Source of the DNA: an uncultured bacterium
GTDB taxonomy: Bacteria > Planctomycetota > UBA1135 > GCA-002686595
Length of the DNA: 64,000 nt
NCBI GenBank assembly: GCA_937905825.1
Contig: CALCXM010000039.1
Location: 1,326-65,325 of the forward strand
Direction: 5' to 3'
The notes below the pieces were generated by a model. That model worked only from the letters and a program-made list of their open reading frames with translations, made no database searches and was not told where the DNA came from. Made by a program: the position numbers and the translations under genes. Positions 45,259 through 55,702 of the stretch are shown in pieces. Position 1 is the first letter of the stretch; the number at the start of each line of letters is the position of its first letter.

Positions 45259-48200
45259 ATGACCTTTCAACGGACACTGATCCTGCTCTTCGGTTTGCTG
45301 GGGGCCCTTTGCACGGGGCAACTCGTAAACTTGACGGAGCAACTCACCGAGAGTCAACCGGCCCTGCGTTTCGAACCCAGCCGGCGCAAGCAAGCGACCC
45401 TTTCGCAGGCCAACAGGGAGCGCTTCCTGAGCTTTGACGAAGGCGTGCGGCTCACCTACTACTGCAGTCCGCGTGCCAAACTCCCTCCGCACTTGATGCA
45501 CCTGGAGAGCAACGTGCGCGACGTGTTGGGTGCCTTTGAGCTCGCCGCCACCTCCGCCGGACTCGAGTTCAGCCAGGCCCTGGTCTATCCCGCAGAGCAC
45601 CCGGATTGGGCGGATGCCCTGGCCTCCACGGGACTCGCTCCTTGGCGCGCGCGGCGCGTGGAAGGGGACGGGTACCGCGAGGACGAAGTTTGGTCGAGCT
45701 TGCGCATCGCCTACGGGGCACGACCGGCCGCGGTGATCAACGGAGTGGGCCCCGAACAGGTGCTCATGTTGCAGAACTTGGTGCTGGAACAGCTCGAGGA
45801 GCTGCGCACGCCGCGGCGTCCGCGCATCGCCCTTTCGATTCCGGAAGAAGGCTACGACCGCTGGCGCGAGCTGCTGCGCACGGGCGCGGATCTGGTGGAG
45901 GTCGACTTCGATCAAGATCCCAGTCTTCCCCCGGGCATCGACATGTTCTTCTGGTTTGATCCCAAGCAGGCGGACAACCGGCACCTGGCCGTTTTGGACG
46001 GACTGCGCACGCGCGGAGCTTCGGTGGTTCTGGCCGGACACGGCATCCAATCTAACGAAAGCGTCGCGGGCGAAAACATCGCCGTGGAATTCGAGCGCGG
46101 CTCCCCCGCCATGGACGCCTTGTTGCGTCACCATGGATTGATTCCCGTGGAGCAGCTCTTGCTCGATCCAGACGCGGGCGAGCGCGTGCTGACAGCGGCG
46201 AACGGCCCGGGAACGGTGCAGCAGTTCGTGCCCTGGTACGTGCGCTGCACCGCCAATCACCAGGACTTCCGCACCATGCGCGGGCAACCGAACGGCAGCC
46301 TGTTGTTTCGAACACCGAGCGCCTTCTTCCCGGACCCAGTGCGTCTCGATGAGTTGGGCTTGAACGCCACGGTGCTGGCCACCGCCGGCGATGGGGCCAG
46401 TCTGCATCCACTGCCCGCGCAAAGGCTCGACTCGGTCCAGATCGCGGAACTGCGCGGCCGCGCCCAACCCAATGCAGCCCTGGCCGCAGTACTGCGACCG
46501 GGCGATCCCTGGGGCGGACGGGTGATGGCTCTAGCGGACAGCGCCGTGTTTGGCGACGAGCATTGGGACCACGAACACTACGCCCATGTGGGCTTCGCCC
46601 AGGTGCTCCTGTCCAGCCTGCTGTCCGGGGAGCGTCTGGTCGCAGGGCGCATCGCCTTGCAGGCTCCCGCGCTGCTGCCGGAACTCGCCAGCTCCCAGCG
46701 ACTGGCCCTTCGCGCTGCGGTGGTGCTCTTGATTCCCGCGCTCTTGGGTCTCGCCTTCTTCCTGCGCCACGGTGGTCGAGGGGGGCGCACGCGCAAGGAT
46801 CGTTCCTGGCTTGTCCTCGCCGGAGGAGCTCTGGCCGGTGCTTTGGTGGTGCAAGCCATCGCGGCCCTCAGCACACCACTGGACGTGGACATGACGGCGG
46901 ATGGTCGCAACCGCATGACAAAGGAGGAGCAGGCCGTCTTCGAGGAGCTGCTGCAAGAGCCCTTGGAGATCGAGTTGATCTTCAGTGCACCCGCTCAACT
47001 GCCCCCGAGCTACAAACCCCTGGTGCGTGAGTTGCAGCGCAGTTGCCAGCGCCTGGCCAGCGAGTTTGACACACTGTCCGTGCAGAACCGTTGGACGGAG
47101 GGCCTGGACGAGGAACAACTCGCGGCCTTGGGGGCAGAAGGCATTCAACCCCTGGCGATCTCCTCGACCCAAGCGGAAGGCGCGCGCCTCTTTCGCATCT
47201 ACGCGGCCATGCGTCTGCGGCGTGGCGCGCAACAGGTGGTCCTGGAGTACCCGACCGAACGCTCCTTCCGCTACCACCACTTCCGCTTGGCTCACGCACT
47301 CGGGCGACTGGCCTCCGGCAATCAGACTGGAACTGAAGCGACTCGGCTTGCGCTGTTCGGCGAGCCCCCGCGCCTATCCCCCGCCGAAGCCAGCTTGGAG
47401 TACCAACGCAAGGGACTCTTTGCGCCGCGGGAAGGGGACGTCTACAGCGAACTCGAGGACCTCTTGAGCGAGTTCGACTTCGATGTAGTTCGCTTGGAAG
47501 CGGGCCGCGATGCACTGCCCGAAAAGGTGGCCGCTTTGCTTTGGATGCAACCGCGCCGGGATCTCCTGCCCATGGCCGAAGTGCTCGCCAACCACCTGGC
47601 CGCGGGCGGGGGCGCCCTGGTTGCGGGACAGCACTTCCGCATGATGTCGAGGCAGTTGGAAGGCAGCAGCCTGCAACAACGCTTCTGGCCCGAACCGCAG
47701 TTTTTCGATCTCGACAAGGTCTACCTGCCCGAGCTCGGCATTGAAGTACCACGCGTAGTTTGCTTCGATTCGCGCGCTGGTTCGATCGAGATGCAGAGCC
47801 GCGTGGATCTCGCTGAAGGTGGCGCGCGCTACACGAAGCTACCCACCACCAAAGCCTTCTTGATTCAGCCCGGTTCCGAGGAGCTGGGCAGCGTGCGCGG
47901 CCAATGGCTTTTCCCCTACGCCAATCAAGTGCGCTGGAATGAGTCACGCCTGGACCAAGCGGGCTTGCGCGTCACCCCCTGGATTCATGGGGGCATGAGC
48001 CCCTGGGCCTTTGCCTGGCAAGGAGGAGACTTGGATCCACAGCTGTTTGAAGGCAAGCAGGTGGAGCCTCCGGAATTGGAAGAAAGAGTTCGGCGGCAAT
48101 CGAGTCCCGCTTGCTACGCAGCCCTGTTCCAGGGACCCTTCCCCCCCGCGACCCTGATGGAAGAACCTGAACGGCAGTTCCTGGTGCAAGCGGCGGACGC

Positions 48201-48480
48201 CTCCGGTCCCGAAGGCAGCTTGTTGCTCTTCGGTGCCTCGGAACAATTCAAGAACGAGTTCCTGACTCACCCGGACTTTGATCACGAAAGCCTCGTGCTG
48301 CGCAGCGTCGCCAGTTTGGCTCTGCCCAAACACCTCGTGCCGCTTTTGAAAGAGCGCAAGCAAGAACCGGCCCTGGCTCCCCAGGACGAGGACATTCGTT
48401 CCCGTTGGAAATGGATCGTGCTCGGCGCGCCCTCCGGTCTGTTGCTCTTGTTCGGCCTCTTGCGCAGGCGCGTCGCATGA
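45259..48480 (+). CDS. GldG-family (ABC-type uncharacterized transport system) protein, tandemly duplicated, 1073 aa
   Basis: N-terminal TM (LILLFGLLGALCTG). First GldG-like module (LTYYCSP...VRDVLGAFE...), central TM pair (LRAAVVLLIPALLGLAFFL and WLVLAGGALAGALVVQAIAAL), second GldG-like module (LEIELIFSAPAQLPPSYKPLVRELQRSCQRLA...), C-terminal TM (WIVLGAPSGLLLLFGLL). Confidence 0.65.
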   Translation: MTFQRTLILLFGLLGALCTGQLVNLTEQLTESQPALRFEPSRRKQATLSQANRERFLSFDEGVRLTYYCSPRAKLPPHLMHLESNVRDVLGAFELAATSAGLEFSQALVYPAEHPDWADALASTGLAPWRARRVEGDGYREDEVWSSLRIAYGARPAAVINGVGPEQVLMLQNLVLEQLEELRTPRRPRIALSIPEEGYDRWRELLRTGADLVEVDFDQDPSLPPGIDMFFWFDPKQADNRHLAVLDGLRTRGASVVLAGHGIQSNESVAGENIAVEFERGSPAMDALLRHHGLIPVEQLLLDPDAGERVLTAANGPGTVQQFVPWYVRCTANHQDFRTMRGQPNGSLLFRTPSAFFPDPVRLDELGLNATVLATAGDGASLHPLPAQRLDSVQIAELRGRAQPNAALAAVLRPGDPWGGRVMALADSAVFGDEHWDHEHYAHVGFAQVLLSSLLSGERLVAGRIALQAPALLPELASSQRLALRAAVVLLIPALLGLAFFLRHGGRGGRTRKDRSWLVLAGGALAGALVVQAIAALSTPLDVDMTADGRNRMTKEEQAVFEELLQEPLEIELIFSAPAQLPPSYKPLVRELQRSCQRLASEFDTLSVQNRWTEGLDEEQLAALGAEGIQPLAISSTQAEGARLFRIYAAMRLRRGAQQVVLEYPTERSFRYHHFRLAHALGRLASGNQTGTEATRLALFGEPPRLSPAEASLEYQRKGLFAPREGDVYSELEDLLSEFDFDVVRLEAGRDALPEKVAALLWMQPRRDLLPMAEVLANHLAAGGGALVAGQHFRMMSRQLEGSSLQQRFWPEPQFFDLDKVYLPELGIEVPRVVCFDSRAGSIEMQSRVDLAEGGARYTKLPTTKAFLIQPGSEELGSVRGQWLFPYANQVRWNESRLDQAGLRVTPWIHGGMSPWAFAWQGGDLDPQLFEGKQVEPPELEERVRRQSSPACYAALFQGPFPPATLMEEPERQFLVQAADASGPEGSLLLFGASEQFKNEFLTHPDFDHESLVLRSVASLALPKHLVPLLKERKQEPALAPQDEDIRSRWKWIVLGAPSGLLLLFGLLRRRVA

Positions 48481-49538
48481 AGCGCTCAGCACTTTTCATC
48501 GGGCTCTTGTGCGGATTCGTTCTCCTCTTGCAAAGCCTCTTCGGCCAAGCACCGGCGCCCCGTTCGGACGGTGCGCACTTGCATCCGATCGTGTCCCTCG
48601 ATCGACGTGCCGAGCTTTCCATCACGGGCATCACGATCGAGGGACTGCCCCAGGGCGAACGCTTTGTGTTCGTGCGCAAGCGGTCGACCTGGACCTGCCC
48701 CACGGTCTACGGAGCCCTGGCTAGCGACCTTGAGATCGACGCCTTCCTTGGCGAACTCATCTTGGCTTGGGGCGAACGAGTCGCTGGGCCGCAGCGCAAG
48801 GCGGCCTACGGCTTCGACGCCAGCAGCCCCTTGCGAGTTCGCTTGCATGGGCCCGGGATGAGCAGTGACGCAGACCGTGATGTGCTGCTCGAGGTCGACC
48901 TCGGCAAGTCCCTGCCCGGGCTCGGCGAAGGCCGCGGTTACCTCTCCCCGGTGAACTCCCAGGAGCTCTACGAGATCGATCAAAACCCCCGCAAACGACT
49001 GCAACGAGCGGACGACAAGAAGCTCCTGCCGCCCCTGCTCGACGAACGCTTGCTAGCGGGCGAGTGGCCGCGTTTGGGGGAAGGCATCGAGCGCGCCTTC
49101 ATCGATTGGAGCGACGGTCGGTCTTTGGAAGTGCGCAGCCGAGTCCTCGGCCCCGCTCCGGACCGCAACACGCCCGCGCCGCGCGAGTGGGTTGCCATGG
49201 ACGGCGACAACACCGCGCGCATCCTGCCCTACCGCATCGGTGGGTGGCAGAGCCTCTTGTACCGAGTGAAGTACGAGGGCTTGGCGGACCCGGCCCTCGC
49301 CGAGCGCCGCGGACTCGACGAGCCCCAGGCCACCATCACTCTCGTGCAAGTGGGCGGCGACGCAATCGAGCTGGTGATTGGGCGCAGCGCCCCTTCTGGC
49401 CAGGCTTTCGTGCTGAACCGCAAGACGAACATGCTGTGCCTCTTGGCAGCGGCCGACTTGGAGTTGCTGGTGCCCACGGTGCAAGGCCTGTGCTCGGTCG
49501 ACATGGCGAATCCTTGGGAAGCCTGGCTCCCGAAGTAG
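48477..49538 (+). CDS. DUF4340-like protein, usual partner of GldG-type systems
   Basis: ATG 48477 overlaps the upstream stop (ATGA). MKRSALFIGLLCGFVLLLQSLFG anchor. The family assignment rests on gene context and general resemblance, not on a strict motif. Confidence 0.5.
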   Translation: MKRSALFIGLLCGFVLLLQSLFGQAPAPRSDGAHLHPIVSLDRRAELSITGITIEGLPQGERFVFVRKRSTWTCPTVYGALASDLEIDAFLGELILAWGERVAGPQRKAAYGFDASSPLRVRLHGPGMSSDADRDVLLEVDLGKSLPGLGEGRGYLSPVNSQELYEIDQNPRKRLQRADDKKLLPPLLDERLLAGEWPRLGEGIERAFIDWSDGRSLEVRSRVLGPAPDRNTPAPREWVAMDGDNTARILPYRIGGWQSLLYRVKYEGLADPALAERRGLDEPQATITLVQVGGDAIELVIGRSAPSGQAFVLNRKTNMLCLLAAADLELLVPTVQGLCSVDMANPWEAWLPK

Positions 49539-49752
49539 GCTCAGCACGCAGGAGCAGAAACTCTGCAGACTCAAGTGCAGGAACTCTGCAAGCGGGTCCT
49601 GCATCCGGGACTAGCGTCCTCTCGCGCTGGATGCAGCCTCAGCGAAAGCCGCCCGGAAAGCCCTGTAACCCTGCGTGCATCTTCGGCATGCTGTCGCCAC
49701 TTCCCCTGGCAACACGCCTCCCCACCTCGATTCTCGAATCCCTCTCTCGTCC

Positions 49753-50877
49753 ATGAGCGGATCTCCTGCAGGCCCAGTCAAAATCGCGATTCTCGGCGCT
49801 CGAGGCATCCCAGCACGCTACGGGGGATTCGAGACGTTTGTGGATGAGCTGTCCAGACGGCTGGTGACGCGCGGGGTGCACGTGACGGTTTACTGCGAGG
49901 CCGAGGAGTCCATCGGCATGCACGAGTACGAGGGCGTGCAGCTCGTGCACGTGCCCGCCAAAGCTCCTGGCCCGGCGCGCACGATTTGCTACGACGTCGC
50001 TTGCCTGTGGCGCGCACGCAAAGAGTTCGACGTGGTCTACATGCTCGGCTACGGGGCGAGCTTCGCCTGCTTTCTCCCCAGGCTCTGGGGTCGCCAGGTG
50101 TGGATCAACATGGACGGACTCGAGTGGCTGCGATCCAAATGGAATCCATTGGCGCGCTTCTGGTTGAAGACCATGGAAGCAGTCGCCATGCGCACCGCCA
50201 CCCGGGTGATCTACGACAACAGCGCTCTCGCCGAAGAGATTGAAGGGCGGCGACACAAGGTCAAAAGCTCCAGCGTGCTCGAGTACGGCGCTCCCCTGCT
50301 GCGCGAACAAACCTCCAGCGCGCGCCTAGCGGAACTCGGCGTCACCTCGGGCGAGTACTACCTCGTCGTCTGTCGCTTTGAGCCGGAGAACCACGTCATC
50401 GAGATCGCCCGGGCCTACGCTGCGTCCGGGCTCGAACGACCCTTGATCCTGGTGGCCAACAAGGACATCGGCACCTCCTATGCCGCCGAGACCCTACTCC
50501 ACGACAGCGAGCTGGTGCGCTTCGTCGGCACCGTCTACGACCAAGACTTGCTCTTGCCCCTGCGCCAGCATTGCCGGGCCTACATCCACGGACACAGCGT
50601 GGGCGGAACCAATCCCTCGCTCTTGGAAGCCATGGGCTGCGGCAACTACATCCTCTCCCATGACAACCCCTTCAATCGCGTAACTTTGGCAGACGCGGCG
50701 CAGTTCTGGTCAAGCGAGGCCGAACTCGCCGAGAGGCTGGTGGAGTGCGAGGCGAAGAGCGAGGAAGACCTGCAAAGCAAACGGCAAGCGGTTCTCGAGC
50801 GCGTCGCCGACCGTTACACCTGGGACAAGATCGCCGATCGCTACCACGAGTTGATTCAGAGTAGCGTCGGAGGCTAG
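49753..50877 (+). CDS. glycosyltransferase, GT4 family with DUF1972-type N-terminus
   Basis: KIAILGARGIPARYGGFETFVDELSRRLVTRGVHVTVY is the DUF1972 signature. C-terminal GT1/GT4 motif (HGHSVGGTNPSLLEAMGCGNYILSHDNPFN). Confidence 0.8.
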   Translation: MSGSPAGPVKIAILGARGIPARYGGFETFVDELSRRLVTRGVHVTVYCEAEESIGMHEYEGVQLVHVPAKAPGPARTICYDVACLWRARKEFDVVYMLGYGASFACFLPRLWGRQVWINMDGLEWLRSKWNPLARFWLKTMEAVAMRTATRVIYDNSALAEEIEGRRHKVKSSSVLEYGAPLLREQTSSARLAELGVTSGEYYLVVCRFEPENHVIEIARAYAASGLERPLILVANKDIGTSYAAETLLHDSELVRFVGTVYDQDLLLPLRQHCRAYIHGHSVGGTNPSLLEAMGCGNYILSHDNPFNRVTLADAAQFWSSEAELAERLVECEAKSEEDLQSKRQAVLERVADRYTWDKIADRYHELIQSSVGG

Positions 50878-50911
50878 CAGGCACTTCGCGGCGACTGGAG
50901 CTCCTCGTGGG

Positions 50912-52534
50912 CTAGGGCGTCTCGCTGATCGGATCGATCAGGACCTCGTAGGTGTGCTTGTCCAAGTGCTTGGCGATCGGTCGACAGTGAGCGTCAAACC
51001 ACGCGCGCTCCGTGTCATCCGCCCAAACCGTGCCCACGGAGGGGTACATGTTGAGCTCGAGGGCGCGGTTGGAGATCACGAAGAATCCCGCGTTGGCTTC
51101 CTGCACGATGCGCGTGAAGGAGTGTCCGGCGTTTTTCCAGGGCAAGACCTCGGGACTCACGAGCGCACCCACATCGACCACCGGGTGCTGACTCTTGAAG
51201 CCGAAGACGCCGATCTCACCGATGACCACTTTGTTCGTGGCCCGCAACGGGGACTCGCCGTAGCTCTCCAGGAAGTCCGCGCTAGCGCCATAGCCCTGCA
51301 CGTAGGAGTTCAAGAGCGGACCGCGCTTGATGCTGGCTGCGGCACTGGCCAAGACCAAGAATCCGATCAGCGCCCACTGGGGAGCGCGACGTTTGCCGTT
51401 GGAAAGCCAAACGGGAATCGCTGGGGCCGCGGCGCACAGCAAGGCCACAGAAGACGGCACCGCGTACCAGGAAGCTTCGGTCGCCCCTTTGCCCACGATG
51501 TAGAAGCCGAGGTACGTTAGGTAGAAGCCGAGCCAGGCCCGCGAGGCCGCGCTGCCCGAACGAATGTTGCAACGGATCACCCAACCGATGGCGGCCACCA
51601 GGCCCAGGCTCATCCCCCATTGGATCGACATGGGGAAGTAGTCCACGAAGGGCAGGAAGCTCAAGCGCGGAACCGTGAACAGAGCATTTTGAAAGGAGAC
51701 GAAGCCGTCGTAGTGCGTCGAGTTCCAGCCGGACTTGGCGAGCATGGATTGCGGAATGATCGAGCCGTAGGTCAGAATCGCGAAGGTGCCCCAAGCGAGT
51801 CCTGGACCGAGCAAGGCCAAGAGCGCTTTGGGTTGCGTCAAGCGCTTGAGCGCGCCAGGGACTCCGTGTTGACGGCTCACCCCGTAGAGCAGGAAGGGCA
51901 CCAGCAGCACAGCCTCGGGGCGGGTGATCAAGGCCGGGCCAAACCAGATGGCCGACTGCAGCACCTTGCCTTTGCGCGCGGCCTGGGCGGCTCCGACCAG
52001 CAACATCACGAAGAGCGGCGTTTCCATGCCGAGCAGTTGGTTGTCCACGAACACCGGAGCCAGCAGGAACAACCCCAGCAGCACCAAACGGGAACGGCGT
52101 GGCAATTCCTGCGCGAGCAAACAGCCAGTCACCGTCCACAGCAAGGAATTGAGAACGACGACCGCCACTTCCACGTGACCGCCAAAAATGCCGTAGAGGC
52201 CAGCGGTGACCAAACCATAGAGCGGTGAAGTCAGCCCGAAGACCGCCTCCCCAGCGTTGTAAGCAAAGAAGCCCTGCTCGATCAGGTTGCGCGCGTAGCG
52301 CAGGTGAATGTACGCATCGTCCACCAAGACGAAGTCCGTGGCGAAGACCGCCAGCAGCACGCGGTAGATGGCGGTCCCGGCGAGCAGTGCGAGAATAGAG
52401 CGTGTGAACACACGCTTCGGCGAATCTGTCGAACTCTTTTTGAAAGCGGGCTCCAAGCGTTCCGGAAGCGAATCTCCCAGACTGTCACTGAGCTTGCGAG
52501 ACTGCTTTTGGGGGCGGGGATGGGTCAACGTCAT
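50912..52534 (-). CDS. polytopic membrane protein, GT-C-like glycosyltransferase candidate
   Basis: About 12 TM segments. Acidic first-loop motif VLVDDAYIHLRYARNL, reminiscent of GT-C enzymes. About 130-aa C-terminal soluble domain. Start ATG 52534. Confidence 0.5.
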   Translation of the reverse strand: MTLTHPRPQKQSRKLSDSLGDSLPERLEPAFKKSSTDSPKRVFTRSILALLAGTAIYRVLLAVFATDFVLVDDAYIHLRYARNLIEQGFFAYNAGEAVFGLTSPLYGLVTAGLYGIFGGHVEVAVVVLNSLLWTVTGCLLAQELPRRSRLVLLGLFLLAPVFVDNQLLGMETPLFVMLLVGAAQAARKGKVLQSAIWFGPALITRPEAVLLVPFLLYGVSRQHGVPGALKRLTQPKALLALLGPGLAWGTFAILTYGSIIPQSMLAKSGWNSTHYDGFVSFQNALFTVPRLSFLPFVDYFPMSIQWGMSLGLVAAIGWVIRCNIRSGSAASRAWLGFYLTYLGFYIVGKGATEASWYAVPSSVALLCAAAPAIPVWLSNGKRRAPQWALIGFLVLASAAASIKRGPLLNSYVQGYGASADFLESYGESPLRATNKVVIGEIGVFGFKSQHPVVDVGALVSPEVLPWKNAGHSFTRIVQEANAGFFVISNRALELNMYPSVGTVWADDTERAWFDAHCRPIAKHLDKHTYEVLIDPISETP

Positions 52535-52592
52535 GGGACTAGGCAGAAGAGAAAGTGATTTTTGCTCGGATCGCGGTATTGGAGGGCGGCAG

Positions 52593-54974
52593 TCAGAACG
52601 AACAACCAACGCGCTCCCCGGGGGCGCTGCGCGTCGATGTGGAATGGGCTGCGGGTTCAGGCTCCGCCATTGCAATTCCATAGAGCCGGTAGGCCGCGAG
52701 GGGCTCCACCTGCTCCCAAGAGAAGCTATCGTTCACCATGCTACGCGCCTGTTCGCCCCAAGCCTGTAGCTGGGAAGCAGACGCGCCTTGCAGGGCGTGC
52801 AGAGTTTGCGCGATGCCTGGGGCATCCGTCGTCGCTAGGTCGGGACCCGCTTCGCAAGCGAGCACGATCCCCTGCAGCTGCGTGCCTTCACTCACCAGCA
52901 AGGGCAAGCCGATGGCGGCAGCTTCGAGCACGGCCATGGGCATGCCTTCATGCCGGGATGGATGCACGAAGGCGTCCAGAGCGCGCAGTCGATCAACTTT
53001 CGTTTGCTCGAAGAGAGCGCCAGCAAACTCGACCTTGCCAAGCAGATCCGGTTGCATGGCACGCGCTTCCAAGGCAGCTCGATCAGGACCGTCGCCGATC
53101 AGCAACAACTCGCCGCAACCCCCTTCGGACAGGAACTGCGAGAAGCCATCGAGCAAGAGGTCGAGCCCCTTGGTGTGCGCGTCGAGTCGACCGCAGAACC
53201 CAAACTGCATGGGACTGTTTGGGTCACTGGCGAGTGCTTGTTGCGGGTTCAAGCTCTGCCCATTGGGCACCACGGCAATGCGCCCCAAGGGCATCCAACG
53301 CGCGATGGCGTGGGACTCGGCCGCGGTGAAGGCCTGCACCCCGCGGGCGCGGCGCAGAATGACGCGGTCCACCAGGGCCATGCAAATTCGTTTGAGCCAA
53401 GGGCGTTTGGCCAGGGCGCGCGGATTGTAGGCACCGTGGGGCGTGAAGACCAAGGGGATCCCCGCGCGCTTCAAGAGGCGCGCGGCGGAAGCCATCTCAG
53501 GCAGCAGGCCACCGTGCAAGTGCACGACAGCGGGTGCTTGCAACGTGCGAATCGTCTCGCGCAGGTCCTTCGGCAAGAGGCCACGGATGGCGCCACGCTT
53601 GAACAAGCGCAAACAATAGGGACGTTCCCCTGCGGGAGCGTCCGGCGTAGGCGTCAAGCCCCAAACTTCCACGGCGCGTCCCGCACGCACTTGGGCGCTC
53701 GCGAGACTATGGACCGCGCGGTTGACTCCGTTCAGCCGGTTGGGATTGGCCTTGCCAAGAGCCAGATGGATAACGCGCGTTTCTGCGGGCAGCATTTCCG
53801 GACGTGAGTCCTTTGCGAGGGATTCGTAGTGGGCCTCGAACTCGGCGCAGTAGCGCTTCACGCTGAAGCACTCCAGTTGGCGCTGCCTGCCGGCCTCCCC
53901 CATGGAACGTGCGAGATCCTGGTCAGACAAGAGTTCGTCCAGGCACCCGGCCAGGGAAACGGGATTGCCTGGCTCAAAGAAAAAGCCTGTGCGCTCTTCT
54001 TCAACGATCTCCAGCAGACCGCCCTGGCGCGAAGCGACGACCGGATTCGCGGCGCGCATGGCCTCGATGGCCACCAAACCGAAGGGCTCCGGCCGAGTGG
54101 AAGGCACACAGCAAATGTTAGCGGCGGCGTACAGCAACTCCGCATCCTTTTGAAACGGAATGCGAAGCACCACGTGCTCGAGGCCAGCCGCTTTGATCTG
54201 CTGATCGAGGGTGGCTTCGAAGTGGGCTTGCCCCTGAGGTGCCGATCCCGCCAACAGGTAACGGGCCTCTGGGTGAGTCCCATGCAGCTGCGCCGCTGCT
54301 TGAACCAAGAGCCCCTGGCCTTTCCAGGAGTTGATGCGTCCCGCCAGCAGGACGAGCGGCTGTTGTTCGGAAACGCCAATGGAACGACGGAACTCTTCAG
54401 AACGCTCCGCACTGACTTCTTCCACCTTCTCGATGCCGTTGAGCACCACGCGATTCTTCTTCGCCAAGCGCTTGCACCAGCGATCAAAGCTGCGGCGCGT
54501 GGCATCCGAGTTGTTCACCACGCGCGAAGACAAGGTCGCGAGAATCTTGGAATAGGCCTTCGCCAACCACGTGGGACGTTCGAGGATTTCATGAACATGC
54601 CAGAGATGGGGCACACCGGAGAGTTTGGCCCCGATGGCTCCCCCAAGCACGATCATGGTGTTGGTGTGAATCAGGCTTGGCTGGTGACGACGGGCCAAAC
54701 GCAAAACATTCAGCGCTCCCATGGGAACTTGCCAAGCCAATTTGACGAGGCCCCGGGGACCCAAGCTGGCCCGTTCACCGAGCCCCAGTTCACAAGTCTC
54801 GACCAGCGCACCGGCTCGCTCCAAGAGTTCAGCTAGTTCGCCACGACGGGGCAAGACAACCACCGCGCGCCAACGATTAGCGTCCAAGCCTTCAACGAGT
54901 TGCAACAAGGTGCGGTCGGCTCCGTAGAGCTCCGCCGAGGGATGCACAAAGAGAATGGTGCGGGGACGGCTCAT
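52593..54974 (-). CDS. bifunctional glycosyltransferase, fusion of two GT4 (GT-B) modules
   Basis: Module 1: RTILFVHPSAELYGADRTLLQ...PSTRPEPFGLVAIEAMRAANPVVASRQGGLLEIV. Module 2: VIHLALGKANPNRLNGVNRAVHSL...PSRHEGMPMAVLEAAAIGLPLLVS. ATG 54974 overlaps the upstream stop (ATGA). Confidence 0.8.
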   Translation of the reverse strand: MSRPRTILFVHPSAELYGADRTLLQLVEGLDANRWRAVVVLPRRGELAELLERAGALVETCELGLGERASLGPRGLVKLAWQVPMGALNVLRLARRHQPSLIHTNTMIVLGGAIGAKLSGVPHLWHVHEILERPTWLAKAYSKILATLSSRVVNNSDATRRSFDRWCKRLAKKNRVVLNGIEKVEEVSAERSEEFRRSIGVSEQQPLVLLAGRINSWKGQGLLVQAAAQLHGTHPEARYLLAGSAPQGQAHFEATLDQQIKAAGLEHVVLRIPFQKDAELLYAAANICCVPSTRPEPFGLVAIEAMRAANPVVASRQGGLLEIVEEERTGFFFEPGNPVSLAGCLDELLSDQDLARSMGEAGRQRQLECFSVKRYCAEFEAHYESLAKDSRPEMLPAETRVIHLALGKANPNRLNGVNRAVHSLASAQVRAGRAVEVWGLTPTPDAPAGERPYCLRLFKRGAIRGLLPKDLRETIRTLQAPAVVHLHGGLLPEMASAARLLKRAGIPLVFTPHGAYNPRALAKRPWLKRICMALVDRVILRRARGVQAFTAAESHAIARWMPLGRIAVVPNGQSLNPQQALASDPNSPMQFGFCGRLDAHTKGLDLLLDGFSQFLSEGGCGELLLIGDGPDRAALEARAMQPDLLGKVEFAGALFEQTKVDRLRALDAFVHPSRHEGMPMAVLEAAAIGLPLLVSEGTQLQGIVLACEAGPDLATTDAPGIAQTLHALQGASASQLQAWGEQARSMVNDSFSWEQVEPLAAYRLYGIAMAEPEPAAHSTSTRSAPGERVGCSF

Positions 54975-55702
54975 GCCACACACAGCTCCTCATTCGCAGT
55001 CCGCTTGCGAATCAGTTTGGCGGGCACTCCGCCGACGATGGAGTAGGGTTCCACGTTCCCGCGCACCACGGCTCCGGCGGCCACGATCGAGCCGTGACCG
55101 ATGGTGACACCGGAGAGGATCGTTACATTGCAACCGATCCAGCAGTTGTCGCCGATCTCAATTCCAGCGCGCGTCACCCCTTGGCTTTTGATGGTTGCCT
55201 CCAAGTCATCGAAGTTGTGGTTCTCCGGAATCAGTACGACCCTTGGACCGAACAAAACGTCGCGTCCAATGCGCACGTGGCCGGAAGCGCCGATCCAACA
55301 GTAGGCGCCGATGGCGCTACCCTCCCCCACTTCGATGCCTTGGCCCGGATCCATGCCGTAGTAGGAACTCGGTCGAATGCAGGCCCCGCGACCGATGGTC
55401 ACGCCGTTGCCGAGAATCACTCCCTGGCGCGAGAGGCATTGCACTTCCGCGCCCTCTTCGATCTTCACGTTGTGTCCGACGGATAGGTACCAAGGGTTCA
55501 AGATACGCGCCCCGCGTCCGACAAGCAGCAGCCCGCTGGAGCTCTTGACCCGCAACTTCAACCAGCTACCGCGCAAGAGGTTCGTGCCCAAGCGCCAGAA
55601 GACCGCGAGCACATCCAAGTCGGAGAGCATGTGCTCATTCGCCGCTGTAACGCTCCCCGTGCTGCGCACCAGGCGCAGGTACAACTTCTGAAGGAGGCTC
55701 AT
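54971..55702 (-). CDS. hexapeptide-repeat (left-handed beta-helix) O-acetyltransferase
   Basis: Hexapeptide repeats IGDNCWIGCNVTILSGVTIGHGSIVAAGAVVRGNVEPYSIVGGVPAKLI. ATGA overlap with the upstream GT4 gene. Confidence 0.8.
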   Translation of the reverse strand: MSLLQKLYLRLVRSTGSVTAANEHMLSDLDVLAVFWRLGTNLLRGSWLKLRVKSSSGLLLVGRGARILNPWYLSVGHNVKIEEGAEVQCLSRQGVILGNGVTIGRGACIRPSSYYGMDPGQGIEVGEGSAIGAYCWIGASGHVRIGRDVLFGPRVVLIPENHNFDDLEATIKSQGVTRAGIEIGDNCWIGCNVTILSGVTIGHGSIVAAGAVVRGNVEPYSIVGGVPAKLIRKRTANEELCVA

